From Obrimoposthia wandeli (Eukaryota), in contig CDROCS010000506.1 of assembly GCA_977020255.1 (NCBI GenBank), forward strand, positions 2,666,001 through 2,730,000: a DNA stretch of 64,000 nt, read 5' to 3'. Below the pieces are notes generated by a model. That model made no database searches and was not told the origin of the DNA. It worked only from the letters and a program-made list of their open reading frames with translations. The position numbers and the translations under genes were made by a program. This document shows positions 21,715 through 30,057 of this stretch, piece by piece (position 1 is the stretch's first letter; the number at the start of each line of letters is the position of its first letter).

Positions 21715-22220
21715 TGGCTTTAGTGCATATCGGCATCGGCAGTAACATTAATAAAGAAGTTAATGTTGCGAACGCCCTGCAAGATCTGGATAACATGTTT
21801 GATAATTGTCGTGTTTCACCTATTTTCGAAAGTGCAGCGGTTAATTGCACGGGTGATAACTATTACAATTTAGTGGTGGAATTCACCACATCGTTATCGA
21901 TTACTGCATTAATGCAGAGTCTAAAAGATCTGGAAATGACACATGGACGTAAAGCGACTGACCGTCGTTATGCACCGCGAACTTTAGATTTGGATTTATT
22001 GTTATTTGATAACGTGATCCAATCTGAATCTCCAGTTTTACCTCGCCCTGAAATTGTTTATCACGCGTTTGTGTTATGGCCGCTTGCGGAGTTAGCGCCG
22101 GACCTATGTCACCCTGAATCGGGTATGACGATGGCGGCGTTATGGCGTGACTTTGATAAATCAACTCAGGTGTTGGCGTTAGCACAGTGGCAATGGCCGA
22201 AAATAGCTGAGCTAGTTTAA
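21714..22220 (+). CDS. folK: 2-amino-4-hydroxy-6-hydroxymethyldihydropteridine diphosphokinase
   Basis: IGIGSNI, PRTLDLDLL, LPRPE. Confidence 0.93.
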   Translation: MALVHIGIGSNINKEVNVANALQDLDNMFDNCRVSPIFESAAVNCTGDNYYNLVVEFTTSLSITALMQSLKDLEMTHGRKATDRRYAPRTLDLDLLLFDNVIQSESPVLPRPEIVYHAFVLWPLAELAPDLCHPESGMTMAALWRDFDKSTQVLALAQWQWPKIAELV

Positions 22221-22334
22221 ACGATAAAATACCAATCTTAGTAAGGCTAATCGGATTTGGTCTTAGCTTTGCAGTCATTGGTATTATTTATTTTAACGAT
22301 GATCATCATTTTATAACAATAAAAGGAAACATGA

Positions 22335-23189
22335 ATGAGTACTTTGGAAGTGATCGTACTGGCGTTGATTCAGGGACTAACTGAATTCTTACCAGTATCA
22401 AGTTCTGCCCACCTTATCTTACCGTCACAATTATTAGGCTGGGATGACCAAGGTCTAGCTTTTGATGTTGCTGTACATATCGGCACATTATTAGCAGTGC
22501 TTATTTATTTCCGTGAAGAAGTCGGCACTATGGCTGTTGCTTGGGTGCGTTCTATGTTTAAAAAGGAGCACAGTAAAGACAGTCAGCTTGCATGGTGTAT
22601 TTTATTAGCAACGATACCTGCTGCGCTGTTTGGTTTCTTTGGTAAAGACTTAATTGAGTTATACCTACGTAGTACCACTGTTATCGCCACCACAACGATC
22701 ATTTTTGGTTTGTTATTATGGTGGGCGGATGCCAATGCCACACAAATTAAAGACGAATACAAAACGGGTTGGAAAGGTGCTCTAATCATTGGTTTTGCGC
22801 AAATGCTCGCGCTAATCCCTGGTACATCGCGTTCGGGCGTGACTATTACAGCAGGCTTAATGCTTGGTTTGAGCCGAAGTGCTGCTGCACGTTTCTCGTT
22901 CTTAATGTCAATTCCGATCATTGCGATGGCGGGTGGTTATTTAACGCTAAAACTCGTGTTACATGGCGATGTGGTTGAAGTCCTACAAGCGGGTGAAATC
23001 ATCACCTCTGTACGTCCGGTTGATTGGTTTGCGATGGGCCTTGGCGTGATTGTGTCTTTCTTCAGTGCGGTTGCTTGTATCCATGTATTCTTGCAAGTAC
23101 TAGAAAAATTAGGCATGTTCCCGTTTGTTATTTACCGTCTATTGTTAGGCGCGGGTCTGTTCTATTTAATTTATACTCAATCGATTTAG
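22335..23189 (+). CDS. uppP: Undecaprenyl-diphosphate phosphatase
   Basis: [23 protein letters not shown]. Confidence 0.97.
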   Translation: MSTLEVIVLALIQGLTEFLPVSSSAHLILPSQLLGWDDQGLAFDVAVHIGTLLAVLIYFREEVGTMAVAWVRSMFKKEHSKDSQLAWCILLATIPAALFGFFGKDLIELYLRSTTVIATTTIIFGLLLWWADANATQIKDEYKTGWKGALIIGFAQMLALIPGTSRSGVTITAGLMLGLSRSAAARFSFLMSIPIIAMAGGYLTLKLVLHGDVVEVLQAGEIITSVRPVDWFAMGLGVIVSFFSAVACIHVFLQVLEKLGMFPFVIYRLLLGAGLFYLIYTQSI

Positions 23190-23298
23190 TTTTTCGCTCT
23201 GAGATAAGGCTGTTACCTGTGGTAGCAGCCTTTTTTGATCTTAACTGTTTTTGATCTTAACTATTAGCTAGAGCGAATATTTTAGTTAATAGAGACAT

Positions 23299-24480
23299 TT
23301 ATTCAGGACGTAATGCGGTTAATGCGCTTATACGCTGCAAGGTTAATTGTTGTTTTATCTCTGGCCCACGAAAACCAGCTGCGATAATCGGCTGTACGGC
23401 GATGTCGCATGCCGCGCTGAGCATTTTGGTTAGATACTGGGTTGGTCGATAATCACCAGCTAATTGTTTGGCTTTACTGCTTGAGCAAGTCAGTAATATC
23501 TGCTGGAAACGTTCGGGTTTACGCCATGCATCGGTATTATCGAATAGAGTAATAATCGCCGTTGGCGTTAATGATAGCGCGCTGTGGATATGAGCCTGTT
23601 GGGCACTGACGAGTATCGCCAGATCGCGATGTTCATTAGGTACCTTGCAGCGTTTAGCTAAGGCTTTAATATTGGCTTGCTGTTCCCCGAGGTTTTGCAT
23701 TACAGCGGCAAAGCGGATCGCTAAATTTGGCGATAATAACGCCGTGTTCTTTAACTGGCTTAGTGCTTGTAGACCAAGGTTAGTGTTGTTATTTTCGTCG
23801 TTATCTTTGTCGCCATCGTTGTTCATAACTGCGAGGTCAAAAAGGTTATCGAGCTCTGGCAGAATAACGGCTAATGCACCAATCTCTTTTAGTACGTTAA
23901 AGAACACTTCAGGATTTACAGCAGATAAGGTTTTCTCTACTTCTTGCCATACGCGTTCAGGAGTTAATTCGGCAAGATCACCCGCTTGGGTCATTGTCTG
24001 CATCAATATCAGGGTTTCATCAGCGATGGTAAAACCCTGGCTATGGAAACGAGCAGCAAAACGTGCGACACGTAATACCCGTAGTGGATCTTCACTGAAG
24101 CTTGTAGATATATGGCGTAATACACGGTTATCTAGATCAGCGCGGGCGTTGAGTGGATCTATTACTTGCCCATTTTCATCTTCAACCATGGCATTGATGG
24201 TTAAGTCTCGACGTACTAGGTCTTGTTCTAGCGTGACATCGGGCGCGGCATAACAGGTAAACCCGGTATAACCAGAGCCACTTTTACGCTCAGTCCGCGC
24301 AAGGGCATATTCTTGTTTAGTGCTTGGGTGTAAGAATACTGGAAAATCTTTACCGACTTGTTGATAACCTTGATCAAGCATTTCTGCAGGCGTTGCGCCA
24401 ACAACCACAAAATCTTTATCTTTTACTGGTAGAGATAATAGCTTGTCGCGCACTGCGCCGCCGACTAAATATATTTGCAC
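23299..24480 (-). CDS. cca: CCA tRNA nucleotidyltransferase (HD domain appears degenerate)
   Basis: YLVGGAVRD, DKDFVV, DLVRRDLTINA, EDPLRVLRVARF. Confidence 0.93.
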   Translation of the reverse strand: MQIYLVGGAVRDKLLSLPVKDKDFVVVGATPAEMLDQGYQQVGKDFPVFLHPSTKQEYALARTERKSGSGYTGFTCYAAPDVTLEQDLVRRDLTINAMVEDENGQVIDPLNARADLDNRVLRHISTSFSEDPLRVLRVARFAARFHSQGFTIADETLILMQTMTQAGDLAELTPERVWQEVEKTLSAVNPEVFFNVLKEIGALAVILPELDNLFDLAVMNNDGDKDNDENNNTNLGLQALSQLKNTALLSPNLAIRFAAVMQNLGEQQANIKALAKRCKVPNEHRDLAILVSAQQAHIHSALSLTPTAIITLFDNTDAWRKPERFQQILLTCSSSKAKQLAGDYRPTQYLTKMLSAACDIAVQPIIAAGFRGPEIKQQLTLQRISALTALRPE

Positions 24481-24747
24481 TAAACAACCCCTGTTACTTT
24501 ACTTTAATAATGGCTTGAAGATATTTATCGATTATACCTTAACGGTTTAGAAACTCGATCTTTGCTATCTTGAATTTAAATATTAAGTGTAATCGTGACT
24601 ATTACGCTACTTTAGCTGTCATAATTATAGCTGTGCTGATGATTCAGCGACTAAATGCATGAATAAAGTTGGTTTTTATCGGCTATTTTTGACATTTCGT
24701 TGTCTAGCTATTAACGTGAAGGTTCAATCATAGGATGATAATCATAG

Positions 24748-26433
24748 ATGTATACTGAGTTTTTTCATTTAAAAGAAATGCCGTTTTCTATTGCCCCAGA
24801 TCCCCGTTTCTTTTTTATGAGTGACAGGCATAAAGAAGCGCTGACACACCTGACCTATGGGTTACAAGGTGCTGGTGGTTTTATCATGTTAACGGGGGAA
24901 GTCGGTACCGGTAAAACTACGGTGTCACGCGCCTTAATACAAGAACTCACGACAACGACTGTAGTGGGGTATATTCATAATCCAGCGGTCAGTGAATTAG
25001 AATTATTAGCGACCTTATGTGATGAATTTAAGCTTGATTATGATAAGCATAATTTGAGCTTAAAAATGCTGTTTGATCTGTTGCATCATTATTTATTAGC
25101 TAATTGCCAGCAAGATAGATCGTGCGTAGTGATCATCGATGAGGCGCAGCTATTATCTACAGCAGCTTTAGAGCAGTTACGCTTACTAACGAACCTCGAT
25201 GTTAACCATAAAAAACTACTCCATATCGTCCTGATTGGTCAGCCTGAATTACAGCAAAAACTAAAACAACCAGAGTTACGTCAGTTGGCTCAGCGTATTA
25301 CCGCCCGTTATCATTTACTGCCGCTAACAGAATTAGAATTGGCGAGTTATGTCGCTTATCGGTTAAGTATTGCCTCGGGTAATCCGGGCTTGTTTAGTAG
25401 CAAGATATTAAAACGTATTCATCAGCATACCGAAGGGGTGCCGCGGTTAGTGAACTTGGTTTGTGATAAAGCCCTGTATTATGCGTTTAAGACACGGGAA
25501 GACAAAATCACCCCGCAACATGTTTTAGCTGCAGTGAAAGCAGTCGCGATTTCAACGCCAGTGAAAGCTAAAAAAACAGCGCCAGCTATGGCGGTACTTG
25601 CGGTCATATTATGCCTAGGTGGGGCTATAACGGCCTTTCAATTAGGCTTGTTAGATCAGACTAAAGATAATATAGCAGCTGTTCAGCATGGTGAAGCAAC
25701 GTCTATTATCTCCCCTGTTGTCATCTCGACGGAAGCCGTAAGTAGCAGTACTGGGGAAGTCGCTAGTGATACATTGGATCCGTTAGCGGCTAGTAATGAA
25801 GTGATGACGGACAAAGCGCTCTCTACAGACATCAAATCTGCTCGACAGGATAATGCCGCTACACAATTCTTATTTAAGGAATGGGGTTACGATATTACGT
25901 TGGAAGATGCGAGTTGTCGTAATGCCCAATATGCTAAGTTACGTTGTTTACAGCGTCAGGGAAATTATGCGCAGTTGGTGCAATACAACTTACCAGGTGT
26001 TGTTCGCCTGTTAGATAATTTAGGCGAAGCCTATTACGCGACATTACTGAGTATTACGCCATTAGGTGTGGAACTGCAACTCAGCAATAGCCATTTACTG
26101 GTAAGCCAAGCTTGGTTTGAAAAAAATTGGACTGGCGATTTCACTTTGTTTTGGACTGCACCAAGCAGGTTTAAAAAGAGTTTAAAACAAAATGATAAAG
26201 GTGAGTTAATTCGTTGGTTAGATATAAACATTAGTGCTGTACTTGGTGATGATGCGATATCAGGAACGCAATTTGACTGGCCATTAATGCAAAAAGTAAT
26301 GCGCTTTCAACAGCAGTCTGGCCTAACTGCAGATGGCATTGTTGGCCCACAAACGATGATGACGATAGTGCATTATGCTGATAGCACAGTGCCTAAATTG
26401 AATGTGGCGACACATATAGCGGAGGCAAAATGA
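24748..26433 (+). CDS. exeA: T2SS accessory ATPase ExeA/GspA with peptidoglycan-binding C-terminus
   Basis: GEVGTGKT, IIDEAQ, GQPEL, C-terminal DGIVGPQT. Confidence 0.9.
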   Translation: MYTEFFHLKEMPFSIAPDPRFFFMSDRHKEALTHLTYGLQGAGGFIMLTGEVGTGKTTVSRALIQELTTTTVVGYIHNPAVSELELLATLCDEFKLDYDKHNLSLKMLFDLLHHYLLANCQQDRSCVVIIDEAQLLSTAALEQLRLLTNLDVNHKKLLHIVLIGQPELQQKLKQPELRQLAQRITARYHLLPLTELELASYVAYRLSIASGNPGLFSSKILKRIHQHTEGVPRLVNLVCDKALYYAFKTREDKITPQHVLAAVKAVAISTPVKAKKTAPAMAVLAVILCLGGAITAFQLGLLDQTKDNIAAVQHGEATSIISPVVISTEAVSSSTGEVASDTLDPLAASNEVMTDKALSTDIKSARQDNAATQFLFKEWGYDITLEDASCRNAQYAKLRCLQRQGNYAQLVQYNLPGVVRLLDNLGEAYYATLLSITPLGVELQLSNSHLLVSQAWFEKNWTGDFTLFWTAPSRFKKSLKQNDKGELIRWLDINISAVLGDDAISGTQFDWPLMQKVMRFQQQSGLTADGIVGPQTMMTIVHYADSTVPKLNVATHIAEAK

Positions 26434-27113
26434 AATTTATAAACGCTAAAGCATCATGCTTATTTAGAACTGGTTTAGTTGTTAGTACATTATGCAGCCC
26501 TGTTTTATTTGTCAGCAGCGTATTTGCTAATACCGCTATTTCAGCAGGCGTGCAACAAACGGACCCGCTGACTATTTTAAAGTTAGCAGATATTGAATTT
26601 AAGCATCCATTATCAGTGGTAGCGGTACCGACACAGCAGCTAGTCCCGATATATACGGCTAAGCAACCTGAGATGAAAGTGATATCGAGTAGCAAGGCTA
26701 AGCCTGATTATAGCTCTGAGCAATTGGATATGAATGAGCAATTGACCATGAATGATGAATTAGCGCATGAGCAAGTGTCTGCAGAGTTACTGGCTAAGTT
26801 TAATCGTGCGCTAACAGCGACAAGTGATGAGGATAATGTGCCTGCTAATGAGGTGCCAGAGAGTTATAATGCTGTGCCTATTGCAGACTTACCGACGCAT
26901 TTACGTATGCAAATTCCAGATATCAGTTATAGCTCACATGTGTATTCCTCGAAAGCGAACAATCGCAGCGTGCGTTTAAATAATCGAGATTTACGCGAAG
27001 GCAGTTGGTTAAGTGATGATGTAGAGATCTTGGAAATATTACAAAATGAGGTGATTATGCGTGTCGGCGCGCAAAGCTTCAGTCTCAAAGCGCTCTCTGA
27101 TTGGTCTGCATAA
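26430..27113 (+). CDS. exeB: T2SS accessory protein ExeB/GspB
   Basis: Overlaps exeA; C-terminal SSHVYSS...LNNRDLREG. Confidence 0.8.
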   Translation: MKFINAKASCLFRTGLVVSTLCSPVLFVSSVFANTAISAGVQQTDPLTILKLADIEFKHPLSVVAVPTQQLVPIYTAKQPEMKVISSSKAKPDYSSEQLDMNEQLTMNDELAHEQVSAELLAKFNRALTATSDEDNVPANEVPESYNAVPIADLPTHLRMQIPDISYSSHVYSSKANNRSVRLNNRDLREGSWLSDDVEILEILQNEVIMRVGAQSFSLKALSDWSA

Positions 27114-27181
27114 TTTATTCTGTTGACGACAAGGACGCGTGATGTGTCCTTGTCGCTTGTTTATTATGTTAGTTGGCCCTA

Positions 27182-28213
27182 CTACTGCTTCGCTAATTTA
27201 TTAATCACATCATTTGCTTCAGACATTATACGTTCGACGATCACGGCTACGCTGGGTACATCGTTGATCAACCCCTGCGATTGACCAATAAACTGTACAC
27301 CTGTTGTCAGGTCACCCTTGATCGTAGCAGCTTCTAATTTCTCTGTAGCAGCACCAAAATAAGACAGTTGCTTGATCTTGTCGAACTGGACAAACACACC
27401 AGCAACCAATTTCCAAAATGGTAAATCAACCATTTTAGCGGCCTTTACCGATTTGAATAATGCCAGTGCAAAATTCATTGGTTTTTTAGTCGCTTTAATA
27501 GAAGCGGGCGTTTTTAGGACGCGAGCATAAAGACCATCAAAGTTCTTAGAGTAGATAGTATCGTTTTCTGATTTACCGGTAATGACTTGCTTAACATCAT
27601 TATGTAGTGCGCTTTCTTGGCTGGTGGCAAAACGAGAACCCATTGCGACACCTTCAGCGCCAAGTGCTAACGCTGCGGCAAGACCACGACCATCAGCAAA
27701 ACCACCAGTTGCGATCACGGGAATATCAACTGCGCTGGCAATCGCAGGTACAAGCACTAATGAGGTTACATCACCACCGTGTGCTGCAGCCTCATGGCCT
27801 GTTACCATCAATGCATCAGCACCTATCGATTGCGCTGACTTAGCGTGTTTTTCATTGACGACAGTGGCGATGACTTTACCGCCATAAGCGTGAACCTGTT
27901 CGACAATCCAGTCACCTTTACCTAATGAAAAGTTAATCACAGGTACTTGTTCTTCTATACCTACTTTGGCATTTTCTTTTGCACCTGGCATCAGCAGTGT
28001 TGCGCCAATACCAAAGGGTTTATCGGTGAGTTCACGGATCTTTCTAATTGAAGCGCGGGTTTCTTCTTGGCTTAACGGCCCTGTTGCTAGAATGCCTAGT
28101 CCGCCAGCATTGGAAACTGCGGCAACAAGCTCTGGTTTTGATATCCAGCTCATTCCAGGCAAGACGATAGGGTGCTCAATGCCTAATAATTCTGTAATCC
28201 GTGTTTTCATCAC
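27182..28213 (-). CDS. Nitronate monooxygenase/FabK-like flavin oxidoreductase
   Basis: AVSNAGGLG, GHEAAAHG, ATGGFADGRGLAAALALGAEGVAMGSRF. Confidence 0.85.
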   Translation of the reverse strand: MMKTRITELLGIEHPIVLPGMSWISKPELVAAVSNAGGLGILATGPLSQEETRASIRKIRELTDKPFGIGATLLMPGAKENAKVGIEEQVPVINFSLGKGDWIVEQVHAYGGKVIATVVNEKHAKSAQSIGADALMVTGHEAAAHGGDVTSLVLVPAIASAVDIPVIATGGFADGRGLAAALALGAEGVAMGSRFATSQESALHNDVKQVITGKSENDTIYSKNFDGLYARVLKTPASIKATKKPMNFALALFKSVKAAKMVDLPFWKLVAGVFVQFDKIKQLSYFGAATEKLEAATIKGDLTTGVQFIGQSQGLINDVPSVAVIVERIMSEANDVINKLAKQ

Positions 28214-28401
28214 TTTATTCCAAATGCAAAAAGATTAGAAAATAAATTAGCACAAATACACTAGAACGCATAGATGTTAATAGTATGTTTGTTTTTAACA
28301 AAATTATTTACTGTAAAATTTTAACCATTACAACTTTAGTTTGGGTATATTCTGTGTATTTTCAATGCACAATATAATCGACTGGGTAGGCCATTTTTAG
28401 C

Positions 28402-28522
28402 GTGTAAGACATCGACTATTGAGGTGTCGGGATATTGTCATTACGTGAGTGTGTTTATATCGGTGTTATGTCTAGTCTTACACTCGTAAAAAGAAGTTAA
28501 GTATTTATTTATCAATGGCTTA
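28402..28522 (+). promoter_or_regulatory. GacA/UvrY-type half-sites and IHF site upstream of the CsrB-like RNA
   Basis: GTGTAAGAC (28402-28410) and its inverse GTCTTACAC (28475-28483); TATCAATGGCTTA (28510-28522) matches IHF WATCAANNNNTTR. Confidence 0.55.
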
Positions 28523-28652
28523 GTGTTTTGTGGCGTTTATCTCTTGTAAATAAATGTAATTTAATCGTTTTTAGTCGCTTGTTGCTTAGCGTTAATCACG
28601 TATATTTATAAGCACAAGGACGAGGCGGGAACATCTTCAGGAAGAAGATTAA

Positions 28653-29460
28653 AGGATTAAGTTGCAGGATGCGACAAAAGGACATCTTCAGGAAGAAGAC
28701 AAAGGATTAAGTTGCAGGATGCGACACAAGGAACATCTTCAGGAAGAAGACAAAGGATTAAGTTGCAGGATGCAGCACAGGACATCTTCAGGAAGAAGAC
28801 AAAGGATTAAGTTGCAGGATGCAGCACAGGACATCTTCAGGAAGAAGACAAAGGATTAAGTTGCAGGATGCAGCACAGGACATCTTCAGGAAGAAGACCA
28901 AAGGATTAAGTTGCAGGATGCAGCACAGGACATCTTCAGGAAGAAGACAAAGGATTAAGTTGCAGGATGCAGCACAGGACATCTTCAGGACGAAGAGTAA
29001 AGGATTAAGTTGCAGGATGCAGCACAGGACATCTTCAGGACGAAGAACAAAGGATTAAGTTGCAGGATGCAGCACAGGACATCTTCAGGACGAAGAACAA
29101 AGGATTAAGTTGCAGGATGCAGCACAGGACATCTTCAGGACGAAGAACAAAGGATTAAGTTGCAGGATGCAGCACAGGACATCTTCAGGACGAAGAACAA
29201 AGGATTAAGTTGCAGGATGCAGCACAGGACATCTTCAGGACGAAGAACAAAGGATTAAGTTGCAGGATGCAGCACAGGACATCTTCAGGACGAAGAACAA
29301 AGGATTAAGTTGCAGGATGCAGCACAGGACATCTTCAGGACGAAGAACAAAGGATTAAGTTGCAGGACGCGACAAAAGGACATCTTCAGGAAGAAGACAA
29401 AGGATTAAGTTGCAGGACGCGACACAAGGACAGCTTCAGGAAGAAGACCAAAGGATTGCG
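28653..29460 (+). repeat. Tandem array of 16 full ~50-bp units plus a partial 17th
   Basis: Consensus AGGATTAAGTTGCAGGATGCAGCACAGGACATCTTCAGGACGAAGAACAA; period 49-51 bp, no unique spacers. Confidence 0.97.
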
Positions 29461-29619
29461 TTACAGGATGTAACATAGAAATAAATCAGGATCGATTTAT
29501 TGTGCTAGGAAGGCAAAAGGACACTCCGACGGATTGGGAAGTGGAAATTTAACGGAATAAATAGAGTCAGGATTTAGCAGGGTTGCTACGCGTTTCATGG
29601 ATTGAGATATATAGACTTT

Positions 29620-29646
29620 AGGGCGGCACATTGTGCCGCCTTTTCT
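29620..29646 (+). terminator. Terminator of the CsrB-like RNA
   Basis: GGCGGCAC/GTGCCGCC followed by TTTT. Confidence 0.85.
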
Positions 29647-29775
29647 ATATCTGCGATTTAATAAATCACATTTGGCTTTCCACCTGCACACTCTTCTATT
29701 ACACCTTTCTACTACATGCCTTCATTTCATATGTTTTATATTTAAAAATCATTAGGCGCTTCAACATAATTATTG

Positions 29776-29940
29776 TTATACCAATTCCGAAAACTAAGTG
29801 ATCAAAATAATATTACTCCTGCAAACCGCTCAAGACATCCCTGTTAGCTTAGACAAGGCCATCCATGGCATGTCTATTTGCGATAGGTTTGCGATAGCAA
29901 TAGCATTTTTCTGTACAGTTATTTATAGGAATTGGTATTA
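29776..29940. mobile_element. Possible MITE-like or structured element (159 bp)
   Basis: 10-bp terminal inverted repeat TACCAATTCC/GGAATTGGTA flanked by TTA on both sides; nested internal pairings. Confidence 0.3.
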
Positions 29941-29984
29941 TCCCAGCTTGCTTCATCACTATTTAGATGTAAAAAAGTAGATGC

Positions 29985-30015
29985 AAAAAAAGGCGCTAAA
30001 TAAATTTAGCGCCTT
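29985..30015 (-). terminator. srmB terminator
   Basis: AAGGCGCTAAA/TTTAGCGCCTT with T run on minus strand. Confidence 0.85.
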
Positions 30016-30057
30016 GATGATTAATCATAATTTAAGTTATTACTTGATAACGATTAA

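Larger units (their letters stand above)
28613..29646 (+). ncRNA. csrB: CsrB/RsmB-family CsrA-sequestering RNA, unusually long
   Basis: 78 GGA motifs, many in short hairpin loops (TGC-AGGAT-GCA, TCTTC-AGGAC-GAAGA); TATATT -10 at 28601; terminator GGCGGCAC/GTGCCGCC+T at 29622-29646; no credible ORF. Confidence 0.85.

Noticed and set aside
28662-29058. Repeat-encoded ORFs in the 50-bp array
   Set aside because: The period is not a multiple of 3, frames stop repeatedly, and variation conserves GGA hairpins rather than codons
28653-29460. CRISPR array
   Set aside because: Units are contiguous with no unique spacers, and no cas genes are in the window
29776-29940. Retron msr-msd or 6S RNA
   Set aside because: No reverse transcriptase nearby and no resemblance to 6S RNA conserved segments
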